In this document: piece by piece, positions 20,060 through 30,003 of the stretch
How the letters are laid out: every line of letters starts with the position of its first letter
Numbering within the stretch: position 1 is the first letter of the stretch
Source: Candidatus Velthaea sp.
GTDB taxonomy: Bacteria; Vulcanimicrobiota; Vulcanimicrobiia; Vulcanimicrobiales; Vulcanimicrobiaceae
DNA length: 64,000 nucleotides
Assembly: GCA_050012475.1 (NCBI GenBank)
Contig: JBEKHC010000039.1
Span: 1-64,000, forward strand
Reading direction: 5' to 3'
The notes under the pieces: generated by a model
The model's database searches: none
What the model was told of the DNA's origin: nothing
The model's input: the letters and a program-made list of their open reading frames with translations, nothing else
Made by a program: the position numbers and the translations under genes

Positions 20060-21445
20060 ATGACAACAACGCGCCTTCCAGCCACCCATCCGATCTACTT
20101 CCGAGATGCTCTTGACGCAGTCGGCCACACGCCGCTCATACGATTGAACAAAGTCGTCGACAACGCACAGTGCCTGGTGCTGGCGAAAGTCGAGTACGTC
20201 AATCCCGGCGGCAGCGTCAAGGACCGGCCGGCCGTCGAGATGATCCGCGACGCGGAGACGCGCGGCGTGCTCAGGCCCGGCGCGACGATCATCGAGGCTA
20301 CGAGCGGCAACACGGGGACGGGGCTGGCAATGGCCGCCGCGATCCGCGGCTATCGCTGCATCCTCGTGATGCCGGATAAAATGTCGAAAGAAAAAATCGA
20401 CCTTCTCAAAGCGTACGGCGCCGAGGTCGTCGTCACACCGACGAACGTCGCGAACGAATCGCCCGATTCCTATAACAACGTCGCCAACCGGCTCACGGCC
20501 GAGATCCCCGGCGCATTTCAACCCGATCAATGGCACAACACCAACAACCCCGATGCGCACTACCGCACGACCGGGCCGGAGATCTGGGAACAAACCGGCG
20601 GCACGATCACGCACTTCGTCACCGGGATGGGAACAGGCGGAACGATCTCGGGTACGGCCCGCTACTTGAAGGAGCAGAACCCCGCGATTCACGTCGCGGG
20701 CGCCGACCCCGAGGGCTCGATCTACTCGGGCGATACGCCCAAGTCGTACAAGGTCGAAGGCATCGGCATGAGCTATCTGCCGCAGACCGTCAACATGCGC
20801 GTGATCGACCAGATCCTGCGCATCTCCGACAAAGAGAGCTTCCTTATGGCGCGGCGCGTCGCGCGTGAGGAAGGCTTGCTCGTCGGCGGCTCGTCCGGGA
20901 CCGCGGTGGCTGCGGCGACGCGCATCGCGCGTACACTGCCGCCGACGGCGGTGCTCGTCGTCATCATGCCGGATTCGGGCCGCGGCTACATGTCCAAAAT
21001 CTTCAACGATGAGTGGATGACGGCCAACGGCTTCATCGGTGACGATCGGCGCAAGGACACCGTCGGCGACGTGCTGCGGTCCAAACAGCCGTTGCCGTCG
21101 ATGATCACCGTGACTGAAACGGCGGTCGTGCGCGAGGCGCTCGATCTGCTGCGCCGGTTCGAGATATCTCAACTGCCGGTCATGCGCGGCAACGACGTCG
21201 TCGGTTCGATCAACGAGGTGGGCGTGATGCAGGCCGTCTTCGACCACGCCGATCTGCTGCACAAACCGGTGGCTGAGGTGATGGGCCGCCCCTTCCCCAT
21301 GCTCGAAACCGCTGTTGAAGTCGATCGCGCCTACAAGCTGCTCACGCTGTCGAACGCGGCCATCGTCGCAACCGAACTGGGTAAACCGGTGGGCGTGCTG
21401 ACTCGCCAAGACATCATCAGCTTCCTCTCGACATCGAGCCCTTAA
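20060..21445 (+). CDS. cbs: Cystathionine beta-synthase with C-terminal CBS domains
   Basis: NPGGSVKDR PLP lysine, TSGNTG, GMGTGGT, PDSGRGYMSKIFNDEWM, tandem CBS pair. Confidence 0.9.
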   Translation: MTTTRLPATHPIYFRDALDAVGHTPLIRLNKVVDNAQCLVLAKVEYVNPGGSVKDRPAVEMIRDAETRGVLRPGATIIEATSGNTGTGLAMAAAIRGYRCILVMPDKMSKEKIDLLKAYGAEVVVTPTNVANESPDSYNNVANRLTAEIPGAFQPDQWHNTNNPDAHYRTTGPEIWEQTGGTITHFVTGMGTGGTISGTARYLKEQNPAIHVAGADPEGSIYSGDTPKSYKVEGIGMSYLPQTVNMRVIDQILRISDKESFLMARRVAREEGLLVGGSSGTAVAAATRIARTLPPTAVLVVIMPDSGRGYMSKIFNDEWMTANGFIGDDRRKDTVGDVLRSKQPLPSMITVTETAVVREALDLLRRFEISQLPVMRGNDVVGSINEVGVMQAVFDHADLLHKPVAEVMGRPFPMLETAVEVDRAYKLLTLSNAAIVATELGKPVGVLTRQDIISFLSTSSP

Positions 21446-21570
21446 GTTCAAACACGCTTTCGCCCACCGTCCTAGCTGACGGCCTGTGGCAAAGCCGCAA
21501 AGGCGACCGCGGCTTGGCGCGAAGCGCCAAACGCCATGGATTTGCGGCGCGTTCAGCGCCGCGAATCCTG

Positions 21571-22152
21571 TTAGCCCCGGTTCGCGCGAGCTGCGAGCGG
21601 CTCCGGCCCGAAGTGTCCGTTCGACACCTCGCGCGTTATCCTCAGCAGCGTATCCGCGAGCTCGTCGAGCTGCCCCCGTGCCCCGGGAGTCGGTCGTTTC
21701 GCATCGTCGAAATCCGAGCTCGTCAGGTAGACGCTGGTCGGAAGGGCGAGTGCGCCGAACCAGGCGAGGACCGATCGCAGCCCCGTATCGACGCCCAGAT
21801 AGTGGTGAAACGAAGCGCCGACGACAGCGACGCCGACCGGCTTGTCGCGCAAAGCATCGACCGGCAGGATGTCGAGGAAATTTTTCAAGATGCCGGTGTA
21901 CGTCGCGCGATAAACCGGTGAAGCGATCACGACGCCGGCGGCAGCTTCGATCTTTGCGACTGCCTGACGAACCGTGCGATCATACGCTTCTAGGGCACGG
22001 CCGTCGGCTGGTTCGTAGCTGACCTGAGCGAGGTCGAGAATGTCAAGCTGGAGGGTTGCATCGCGCGCGCGAAGCGAGTTGCCGACCTGTGCAGCGATTG
22101 TATGAGTGCGCCCCGGTGTCGTTGCAGAACCAACTAAGATGACGATGCTCAC
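21571..22152 (-). CDS. NAD(P)H-dependent FMN reductase (SsuE/MsuE-like)
   Basis: GSATTPGRT, SPVYRATYTGILKNFLD; AAGGAA before GTG 22152. Confidence 0.85.
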   Translation of the reverse strand: MSIVILVGSATTPGRTHTIAAQVGNSLRARDATLQLDILDLAQVSYEPADGRALEAYDRTVRQAVAKIEAAAGVVIASPVYRATYTGILKNFLDILPVDALRDKPVGVAVVGASFHHYLGVDTGLRSVLAWFGALALPTSVYLTSSDFDDAKRPTPGARGQLDELADTLLRITREVSNGHFGPEPLAARANRG

Positions 22153-22242
22153 GGTTTTTCGTTCCTTGGTGAAAAGTGAAAGAGATGAAAATCTTCGATT
22201 CTCGCTTGACGACCGCCGGAGTCCTCCGCTACACTGACCACG

Positions 22243-22332
22243 ATGTTGGTTAGCAGTCGATCGATAGCTGCGAGTTGTCCGCCTTGTCACGATTCTTCGT
22301 TGACCGGCTTTGAAGTGTTCTCGATCGCTTAA
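22243..22332 (+). CDS. Cys-containing attenuator leader peptide L3 (sfnG-1)
   Basis: MLVSSRSIAASCPPCHDSSLTGFEVFSIA*; TTGACG 22206-22211, TACACT 22230-22235, ATG 7 nt later. Confidence 0.7.
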   Translation: MLVSSRSIAASCPPCHDSSLTGFEVFSIA

Positions 22333-22357
22333 TTTTCGAACGAAGCGACCAACAGAC

Positions 22358-22388
22358 GCCTTTCGCCGGCCGGTGGGAGGCTTTTTTA
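22358..22388 (+). terminator. Attenuator terminator L3
   Basis: GCCTTTCGCC/GGTGGGAGGC stem with GU pairs then T6. Confidence 0.75.
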
Positions 22389-22429
22389 TTTGCAGTCCGG
22401 GCCATCTGCCCGAGTGGAATGGAATATTG

Positions 22430-23527
22430 ATGGAGATTAAATTTGCCTATTGGGTGCCCAATGTCAGCGGTGGGCTCGTCACCTCGAACATCGCGCAACG
22501 CACGGACTGGTCCTTTGAGTACAACCACCGGCTCGCGTTGACGGCAGAAGCTGCAGGCTTCGACTTTGCGCTCGCGCAGGCGCGCTTCTTCGCCAGCTAC
22601 GGCGCCGACAAACAACTCGAAGCCGTGACGACCGCGACGGCCCTGGCCGCCGTGACCACCAAACTGAACGTCATTGCCGCCGTGCATCCGGGTTTGTGGA
22701 ATCCGGCGGTCATCGCGAACGTCATCGCGTCGGCAAATCATATATCGAACGGCCGGGTAAGCCTCAACGTCGTCAGCGGTTGGTTCAAAGACGAGTATAT
22801 CGGGTTCGGCGAAACCTGGCTGGAGCACGACGAACGTTACGTTCGCTCCGAAGAGTTCATTCGGGTGCTCAAGGGGATGTGGACGCAAGAGCGCTTTTCG
22901 CTGCACGGCAAGTATTACGACATCACCGACGTGCCGCTCGAGCCCAAACCCAAATCCAAACCGCATCCGACGATCTTCCAGGGTGGGAATTCCGCCGCTG
23001 CGCGTGAGATGGCGGCACGCGTCACCGACGTTCTGTTCATCAACGGCGGCAGTGTCGAGCATATAGCGGCGCTCATTGCCGACGTCCGCCGGCGAGCCGC
23101 GCGGTACGGTCGCGAGAACCACATTCGCTTTGCGATGAACGCGTTCGTGATCGCTCGCGATACCCAAGCAGAGGCCGAGCAGACGCTGCGCGAGATCATC
23201 AAGCAGGCCAACGTCGAAGCCGTACAGGGTTTTGGAGAAGCGGTCAAGGAAGCCGGCCAAGCATCGCCGGAAGGCGAGGGCATGTGGTCCAACTCGACCT
23301 TCGAGGACCTCGTCCAATATAACGACGGCTTCAAACCGCAGCTCATCGGCACGCCGGAGTTCATTGCGGAACGCATCCAACAGTACGAAGCCGTCGGCAT
23401 CGACATCCTTCTCACCGGCTATCTCCATTTCATCGAAGAAGTTGACTACTTCGGCTGGGCCGTTCGTCCGCTCGTGCGGCAATTGCCGAGCTTGCGGGGC
23501 CGACGTCTCGAGCAAGTCGCGGTCTGA
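22430..23527 (+). CDS. sfnG: SfnG-family luciferase-like monooxygenase, paralog 1
   Basis: KFAYWVPNVSGGLV, NVVSGWF, HDERY, FQGGNS, DLVQYNDGFK. Confidence 0.8.
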   Translation: MEIKFAYWVPNVSGGLVTSNIAQRTDWSFEYNHRLALTAEAAGFDFALAQARFFASYGADKQLEAVTTATALAAVTTKLNVIAAVHPGLWNPAVIANVIASANHISNGRVSLNVVSGWFKDEYIGFGETWLEHDERYVRSEEFIRVLKGMWTQERFSLHGKYYDITDVPLEPKPKSKPHPTIFQGGNSAAAREMAARVTDVLFINGGSVEHIAALIADVRRRAARYGRENHIRFAMNAFVIARDTQAEAEQTLREIIKQANVEAVQGFGEAVKEAGQASPEGEGMWSNSTFEDLVQYNDGFKPQLIGTPEFIAERIQQYEAVGIDILLTGYLHFIEEVDYFGWAVRPLVRQLPSLRGRRLEQVAV

Positions 23528-23662
23528 GCGCCGGATCTTCGTTCGCAGCACACGAAATCACCGTGGCAAGGCGAAGCCGGAGCCGCGCCTCGCCACGGTG
23601 GCCCGTCGCGCAAGTTCGGGGGGAGAGACCCAAAACGCGACGGGTCGTGCGCACCGTGCCTG

Positions 23663-24763
23663 CTACGCCAGGACCGGTTCGCGCAACCGCTTGGCTTCGA
23701 GCTCGCGAACCAGCGGGATGACGTGCTTGCCGAAATACTCGACTTCTTCCTGAAAGTGCAGAAAACCCAACAGGATCAGATCGACGCCGATATCCTTGTA
23801 GGCCAGAATCCGTTCGGCGATCTGTTGTGGAGTTCCGATCAGATTCGTCTTGAAACCGTCGTTGTACTGAACGAGATCTTCAAGCGTTGATTTGGCCCAA
23901 TTCCCTTCACGCTCGGGAGATGCGTTGCCCGCGTTTTGCACTTCGTAGTGGAAGCCCTTGACCGCTTCCGGATCGGCCTTATCGAGAATGTCCGCAAGCA
24001 CGTGGCGCGCTTCGGCTTCGGTGCCGCGAGCGATCGCGAACGCGTTGACGCCGACCTTCGCTCGGCGACCGCTTCCGGCTTCCTTCGCGCGGATGTCGTC
24101 GACCTGCGCCTTGATGCCGTCCACGGTATTGCCGTTGGTGAAGTACCAGTCCGACACGCGGGACGCCAAGTCGCGGGCCGCGCGTGAACTTCCGCCTTGG
24201 AAAATCTGCGGCAGCGGCTGCAGCGGCTTGGGCTTGAGGCGGTAGTCGTGGAACCGGTAGAAGTCGCCGCTAAAGCTGAATGCTTCTTCGGTCCAGATCC
24301 CGCGCAGCGCCCGGATGAATTCTTCCGATCGGCGGTAGCGTTCGTCATGGTCCAGCCAGGGCTCACCGATGGCGTGAAATTCGCCCCGGAACCAACCGCT
24401 GACGATGTTGACGTGGATGCGGCCGCCGATCAGATGGCTGATGGTCGCGATTTGCTTTGCGACGAGCGCCGGGTGCCACGGACCCGGCAGGATCGCCGCG
24501 ATGACGTTGAGGTTATCCGTTGCTTCGAGCAGCGCGTGCGAGAACGATACCGACTCATGCTGGTTGTCGGCGCCGTAACCGGCAGTGAAGCGGATCTGCG
24601 TGAGCGCGAATTCGAACCCAGCCTGTTCGGCGATCTTCGCCAACGCACGGTTGTACTCGATATCCCAGCTGGTTCGCTGTTCGATCTTGCTGATGACCAG
24701 CCCGCCCGAGACGTTCGGGACCCAGTAGGCAAACTTGATTGGCTGGCTTTGTGTATCGGACAT
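23663..24763 (-). CDS. sfnG: Dimethylsulfone monooxygenase SfnG, paralog 2
   Basis: KFAYWVPNVSGGLVISKIEQRT, QIRFTAGYGA, DLVQYNDGFKTNLIGT. Confidence 0.9.
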   Translation of the reverse strand: MSDTQSQPIKFAYWVPNVSGGLVISKIEQRTSWDIEYNRALAKIAEQAGFEFALTQIRFTAGYGADNQHESVSFSHALLEATDNLNVIAAILPGPWHPALVAKQIATISHLIGGRIHVNIVSGWFRGEFHAIGEPWLDHDERYRRSEEFIRALRGIWTEEAFSFSGDFYRFHDYRLKPKPLQPLPQIFQGGSSRAARDLASRVSDWYFTNGNTVDGIKAQVDDIRAKEAGSGRRAKVGVNAFAIARGTEAEARHVLADILDKADPEAVKGFHYEVQNAGNASPEREGNWAKSTLEDLVQYNDGFKTNLIGTPQQIAERILAYKDIGVDLILLGFLHFQEEVEYFGKHVIPLVRELEAKRLREPVLA

Positions 24764-24830
24764 GGTTCAATCTCCATTTGTGAAAGTGGCACAGAAGGTG
24801 TCGGGGAGTGAGCGACGGCAGCGATTGGAG

Positions 24831-25394
24831 TCAGGCGGCCGATCCGGCCAGGACTTTCCGCCGCAAGGCGGCAAGCGCCACGGCTTCTTCCGCCGCTCGC
24901 CGCGCCCGCTCGGCAATCGCTGCTCGAATCAAACGGTAATCCTCGAAGTCCGAGTCGAGCGCGAAGATGCCGGTCGGCACGGTGTAAGCGTTGAAAAAGC
25001 TAAACAGCGGCCGCAGGTGATGCTCGATCACAGCCGCGTGACGATCCGTGCCGCCGGTCGCCGTCAGCACAACCGGCACGCCCACGAGCGCATTGGGAGC
25101 CACGAAGTCAATCAAATGCTTGAAGAGGCCGGTATACGAGCCTTTGTACACCGGCGAGCCCACGACGAGGATATCCGCGCTGCCGATCGCAGCCAAGGCA
25201 ACGGCGACGCGCTGTGGGATTGCCACCGCGCTCGTCAGGAGACCCAGGTCCGCAGCTAGTGCGCCGACCTCGATCGAGGTCGTTTCGATGGCCAGGCGAT
25301 CCTCGATTGCTCGAACGACCTCGTCGACCAAGGCGCGGCTGCGCGAGCGCTCACCCAGATTGCCCGAAACGGCAACGACGTTGATCTTGCCCAC
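24831..25394 (-). CDS. msuE: FMN reductase (MsuE/SfnF-like)
   Basis: SPVYKGSYTGLFKHLID, ATGGTDRHA, LRPLFSFF. Confidence 0.85.
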   Translation of the reverse strand: MGKINVVAVSGNLGERSRSRALVDEVVRAIEDRLAIETTSIEVGALAADLGLLTSAVAIPQRVAVALAAIGSADILVVGSPVYKGSYTGLFKHLIDFVAPNALVGVPVVLTATGGTDRHAAVIEHHLRPLFSFFNAYTVPTGIFALDSDFEDYRLIRAAIAERARRAAEEAVALAALRRKVLAGSAA

Positions 25395-25398
25395 GACT

Positions 25399-26607
25399 TC
25401 AGATCCAGGCGTGCCGCGGCGGTTTGACGCCGTTGAGGTAGTAGTTGCCGACGGCGTGATATTTCCAGCGCACCGGATCGTGGAGCGTGTGCGTGCGCGC
25501 ATTGCGCCAGTGCCGGTCGAGATTGTACTTGCCCAGAGTCGACCGCGTCCCGGCGAGCTCGAACAGCTTGTTGGCTGCGAGCACCGCGATCTCGGTCGTC
25601 AGTGCCTTCGCCTCTGCTACCGCGATCGATGCCACTGCCACCGTGTTTTCGTTCGGTTCGCGTACGGCCGCATCGACGACGCGCCCGGCGTGCTCGAGCA
25701 GCGCTTCGGCGGCATGCAGCCGAATGCGCAGATCGCCGACCGCAGCGATCGTGTAGTGGTCTTCGTACCCGTGCTCCTGCCCGCTGTCGGGCCACGGACG
25801 GGTGTAGGTGCGCACGAAGTTCTCGGTCTCTTCGATTGCCGCGCGAGCGATGCCGGCGTCGATTGCGGCATGGATGATTTGTTCGATGGGACCGTTGGCG
25901 GTGGGTTCGTCGAACACCAGGTAGGCCTTGATCACCCGGCTTGCGGGCACCACGACGTTATCGATCACGACCGTGCCGCTCGCCGTCGTGCGCTGCCCGA
26001 AGCTGTCCCAGTCGTCGACGATTGACAAACCCGGAGCATGCCGGTCCGCAATCGCTAGGTGGGCTCGCCCGTTTTCGTCAGCCGCGACGATGGGGACGAA
26101 CTGGGCCAGCAGCGCCCCCGTCGAATAGAACTTGCGCCCGTTGACCGCAAAAGCGTCGCCTTGCGGCGTGATACGGGTCAGAAACTCGGAGACGTTCTTG
26201 CTGTGCTGCTCGGAGAACGCATTACCGAACCGGACGCCGCCGAGCACTTGGGCGAAGAGCTCTCGCTTCTGCTCTTCCGATCCCGCCGACCGGATGATAT
26301 CGACGATCGCCAGATGATTCTGCGGAATCTGCCCGAGCGACGGGTCCGCCACGGCGATGATTCGCGTCACCTCTGCAACCGTCGCGTACGAAACCTCGGC
26401 GCCGCCGTAGGCTCGCGGTACGGTAATGCCCCAGAGCCCGCTCTGCGAGTATTCATCGAGTTCGCGCAGCGGCAGACGGCGTTCTCGATCGCGGGCCGAT
26501 GCCTCCACGCTGAAACGTTCCGCCAAGCTTTTAGCTATCGCGACGGCTTCGGCGTCGTCACGGATGACGTGCGCGGCCGGCCTTTCGGTTGAAACGGACA
26601 AAGTCAT
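25399..26607 (-). CDS. sfnB: SfnB-family sulfur-acquisition oxidoreductase (acyl-CoA dehydrogenase fold, DszC/MsuC-like)
   Basis: DPSLGQIPQNH, KFYSTGAL, DDWDSFGQRTTASG, LDRHWRNARTHTLHDPVRWK; GGAGG RBS. Confidence 0.9.
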   Translation of the reverse strand: MTLSVSTERPAAHVIRDDAEAVAIAKSLAERFSVEASARDRERRLPLRELDEYSQSGLWGITVPRAYGGAEVSYATVAEVTRIIAVADPSLGQIPQNHLAIVDIIRSAGSEEQKRELFAQVLGGVRFGNAFSEQHSKNVSEFLTRITPQGDAFAVNGRKFYSTGALLAQFVPIVAADENGRAHLAIADRHAPGLSIVDDWDSFGQRTTASGTVVIDNVVVPASRVIKAYLVFDEPTANGPIEQIIHAAIDAGIARAAIEETENFVRTYTRPWPDSGQEHGYEDHYTIAAVGDLRIRLHAAEALLEHAGRVVDAAVREPNENTVAVASIAVAEAKALTTEIAVLAANKLFELAGTRSTLGKYNLDRHWRNARTHTLHDPVRWKYHAVGNYYLNGVKPPRHAWI

Positions 26608-26705
26608 AAGGACCTCCTGCAAAGAGAGTTAGCGCGGGGAGATCGGCGCGATGCCGTCCGGCGCGCAAGGAACGCGGCGGCGGCCGCAGGGCGGACGCGC
26701 CGACG

Positions 26706-26748
26706 AAAAAAAGCGAAAACGAGCCGCTCTTGAGCGACTCGTGTTTCG
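26706..26748 (-). terminator. Attenuator terminator L4
   Basis: Minus strand CGAAACACGAGTCGCTC-AA-GAGCGGCTCGTTTTCG then C and T7. Confidence 0.75.
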
Positions 26749-26778
26749 GGAAACTATCGACCTTCGGAGATCGCTACG

Positions 26779-26892
26779 TCACGGGCGTGAAGACGCCTCC
26801 GACGACGTGCGAGTCGAGCGACAGATCCCGAACGCAACGCAACAACAGTTTGCGGCGGAGGCGTGGCGTTGAACGGCGAGTCTGCTTTTCAT
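26779..26892 (-). CDS. Cys-rich attenuator leader peptide L4 (sfnB-msuE-sfnG)
   Basis: MKSRLAVQRHASAANCCCVAFGICRSTRTSSEASSRP*; minus TTGACA 26953-26948, TAGTGT 26930-26925; GGGGA just before ATG. Confidence 0.75.
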   Translation of the reverse strand: MKSRLAVQRHASAANCCCVAFGICRSTRTSSEASSRP

Positions 26893-27091
26893 ATCCCCGA
26901 CAGCAAGCAACGAAAGTTGATGAAACACTAAATGCTGCAGACGTGGATGTCAACCCCATTGACCGAAGTGTGCAGCTACAGCTGTTCGCGGCATGTCGCA
27001 TCAGATGCCCGCCGGCGAAATTTACTTTCGGCTGCCTGTGATGGCCGGGCGCTTGACGGCGGCTGCGCCGCTCGCCTACAATGCGCCCAGC

Positions 27092-27187
27092 ATGTTTGCA
27101 CGTTCCATCTCCAGTTCGCACGCTTGCCCTGCTTGTTGTTGTCGGGAGTCTTTCGCTCCGCGGTGCAGGTGCGTCGTTTTCGCGTAG
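27092..27187 (+). CDS. Cys-rich attenuator leader peptide L5 (Liv-type ABC operon)
   Basis: MFARSISSSHACPACCCRESFAPRCRCVVFA*; TTGACG 27053-27058, TACAAT 27077-27082. Confidence 0.8.
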   Translation: MFARSISSSHACPACCCRESFAPRCRCVVFA

Positions 27188-27205
27188 TCTCGTAAGAGCT
27201 GCGTT

Positions 27206-27246
27206 GAGCGCCTCTCGCCGTGAGCCGAGGGGCGCTTTTCTTTTTT
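27206..27246 (+). terminator. Attenuator terminator L5
   Basis: GAGCGCCTCTCG/CGAGGGGCGCTT then TTCTTTTTT. Confidence 0.8.
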
Positions 27247-27330
27247 GCGGTCGCCGCGGCGTTTCTCGCCCTGGCCGGCCTTGGATTTCCTATTCGTTGC
27301 CCGTCCTCATAGGAGAGTTTGCGAAAGCCC

Positions 27331-28149
27331 ATGACCGCAACCCTCATCAGTCCCGCACCGCTGCTCGCGCTCGAGGGCATCAACTTGTCCTTCGGGGGAG
27401 TCGTCGCGCTCTCGGGCGTCGACCTCGCGGTTGCCGAGGGCGAGATTTGCGCGATCATCGGTCCGAACGGTGCCGGCAAAACCTCGTTACTCAATATTAT
27501 CAGCGGACTGTATCGCCCACGAGCGGGAAGCATCACCTTCGCCGGACGTCGTTACAGTGAACTGCGCTCCGGCGCGCTGGCGCGCTTGGGCATCGGGCGC
27601 ACATTTCAAAACCTCGCGCTCTTCAATGGCATGAGCGTGTTCGACAATATCGTCATGGGCCGCGTGGCGGTCGCGCGTTCGAGCGCGGCCGAACAGGTGC
27701 TGGGACTGCCGCGCGCACGCCGCGAAGAACGTGACGGCCACGAACGCGCCGAGCGCATCGTCGAGTTTCTGGAACTGCAACGTGTGCGGCGCCAAATCGT
27801 CAGCACGCTGCCGTACGGGCTGCAAAAGCGCGTCGAACTCGGACGCGCCCTCGTCGCGGCTCCGCGGCTGCTCCTGCTCGATGAACCGCTCGCGGGGATG
27901 ACGATCGTCGAAAAGCGCGAGATGGCGGCTTTCATCCTGGCCATCAACGAACGGTTCGGGACGACGATCGTGCTGATCGAACACGACGTGGGCATCGTGA
28001 TGAACCTCTCCGATCACATAGCCGTGCTGGACTATGGGCGCAAGATCGCCGACGGGCCGCCGGATCGCGTCCGCGACGACCAACTCGTGATCGACGCCTA
28101 TTTGGGCGTGGACCACGATGCTGCCCTTGCCGAGGTGTCCTCCACATGA
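27331..28149 (+). CDS. Branched-chain-type ABC ATP-binding protein (LivG-like)
   Basis: GPNGAGKT, RTFQN, LPYGLQKRVE, IEHD, AYLG. Confidence 0.9.
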   Translation: MTATLISPAPLLALEGINLSFGGVVALSGVDLAVAEGEICAIIGPNGAGKTSLLNIISGLYRPRAGSITFAGRRYSELRSGALARLGIGRTFQNLALFNGMSVFDNIVMGRVAVARSSAAEQVLGLPRARREERDGHERAERIVEFLELQRVRRQIVSTLPYGLQKRVELGRALVAAPRLLLLDEPLAGMTIVEKREMAAFILAINERFGTTIVLIEHDVGIVMNLSDHIAVLDYGRKIADGPPDRVRDDQLVIDAYLGVDHDAALAEVSST

Positions 28150-29002
28150 GTTTCTTCATCGAGGTGCTTGTCGGCGGATTGCTCGCGGGCATCATGTATT
28201 CGCTGGTCGCGCTGGGCTTCGTGCTCATCTACCAGCCGTCCGGCGTGCTCAATGTCGCGCCGGGCGCGATGGTGCTCTTCGCGGCGCTGACGTTCGTGAG
28301 GCCGCCGCGCTCGTGCTGACGCTGGCCGCGATGGTGCTGCTCGGGTGGCTCATCGAACGTTTCGTGCTGGGACCGCTCGTCAACCAACCGGCGATCACGC
28401 TCTTTATGGCGACCTTAGGAATCAGCTACCTCATCGAGGGCGCCGCGCAGTTGCTGTTCGGCACAGCGACGCACGAACTCGATCTGGGCATTCCCGATGA
28501 GCCGCTGCATCTTGCGGGTGTCTCGGTGAGCGAGTTCGATCTCGCGGCCGCGCTCATCGCCGGCGCGCTCGTCGCGGCGCTGACCGTCTTCTTCCGCACG
28601 ACCCGGACGGGGCTCTCGTTTCGCGCGGTGGCCGACGATCAGCTTGCGGCGATCGCGGTCGGGTTGCGCTTACCCCGCATCTGGACCATCGTCTGGACCT
28701 TAGCGGGTGCGGTCGCGCTCGTCGCCGGTCTCCTCTGGGGAGCTCGGCTCGGCGTTCAATTCTCGCTCTCGCTCATCGTCCTCAAAGCGTTGCCCGTGCT
28801 CGTGTTGGGCGGCTTCGACTCGATTCCCGGAGCGATCGTCGGCGGTCTGCTCATCGGCGCGATCGAGAAACTCGCCGAAGTCTACGTCGGCCCGTTCGTC
28901 GGCGGTGGCATCGAAGGCTGGATCGCCTACGTCGCTGCGCTGGGCTTTCTGTTGATCCGGCCCGCCGGTCTGTTCGGCCAGCGAATGGTGGAACGGGCAT
29001 GA
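28146..29002 (+). pseudogene. LivH-like permease, frameshifted near 28299
   Basis: MSFFIEVLVGGLLAGIMYSLVALGFVLIY...AALTFV in one frame; LTLAAMVLLGWLIERF...RPAGLFG in another. Confidence 0.8.
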
Positions 29003-30003
29003 AGCGCTGGGCTACGGTCGCGCTACTGCTCGTTGCCTTCGTCGCGGTTCCGCGCTTGGGGGACAGCTATCTCTTCGACGCGATTCTGTTGCCGTTTCTC
29101 GCCTTGAGCCTCGCGGGGGTCGGGCTGAATCTGCTCACCGGATATGCCGGTCAGATCTCAGTCGGGTCGGCCGCTTTCATGGCGGTCGGCGCATTCGCGG
29201 CCTACAACTTTAACCTGCGCGTACCGCACCTGCCGCTGCCGGTGACCCTGGTTCTCGCCGGCTTGACCGCAGCGGGCGTCGGCGTCTTCTTCGGTCTGCC
29301 CAGCCTGCGCTTGCGCGGATTCTATCTGCTCGTCTCGACCCTGGCTGCGCAGTTCTTCGTGCAGTGGGTTCTGACGAATTTCCACTGGTTCGCAAACGAC
29401 GATTCATCGGGGGTGATCACCGCGCCGCCGCTGCACATCGCCGGAATCGATTTCAGCTCGTCGGCGGGACGGTACGTGTTCTCGCTCGCGGTGGTTGTTG
29501 CGTTGACGCTGTGCGCGCAGCGGCTGGTACGGGCCCAGACCGGCCTCAACTGGATCGCCGTACGGGACCGCGAGCTTGCCGCCACGGTGATCGGCGTTCC
29601 GGTCTTTCGCGCCAAGCTGCTCGCCTTTGCGATCAGCTCGTTCTACTGCGGGGTCGCCGGCGTGCTGTGGGCGTTCGCGTATCTGCGCACCGTCGAGTCC
29701 GACGGGTTCAGTCTCGACCTCTCGTTCAAAATTCTGTTTATCATCATCATCGGCGGCTTGGCCAGCATCCGCGGCGCTTTTTTCGGCGCGGCATTCATCG
29801 TCATCTTTCCGCTGTTGCTCAGCCGCGTGGGCGCCAGCGTCTTCGGCAGCACGGATTCTGGAGTCGTCGAGTTGGTCGAGACGATGATCGTCGGGCTACT
29901 GATCATCGTCACCCTCATCGCGGAGCCCAAAGGGTTGACGGCCCTGTGGGATCGCCGCTTCTCACTTCACTCGCTCACCACAAAGAAAGTGCCCTCAGCA
30001 TGA
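28999..30003 (+). CDS. LivM-like permease
   Basis: GLNLLTGYAGQIS, LRLRGFYL, AFAISSFYCGVAG, IIGGL. Confidence 0.85.
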   Translation: MKRWATVALLLVAFVAVPRLGDSYLFDAILLPFLALSLAGVGLNLLTGYAGQISVGSAAFMAVGAFAAYNFNLRVPHLPLPVTLVLAGLTAAGVGVFFGLPSLRLRGFYLLVSTLAAQFFVQWVLTNFHWFANDDSSGVITAPPLHIAGIDFSSSAGRYVFSLAVVVALTLCAQRLVRAQTGLNWIAVRDRELAATVIGVPVFRAKLLAFAISSFYCGVAGVLWAFAYLRTVESDGFSLDLSFKILFIIIIGGLASIRGAFFGAAFIVIFPLLLSRVGASVFGSTDSGVVELVETMIVGLLIIVTLIAEPKGLTALWDRRFSLHSLTTKKVPSA

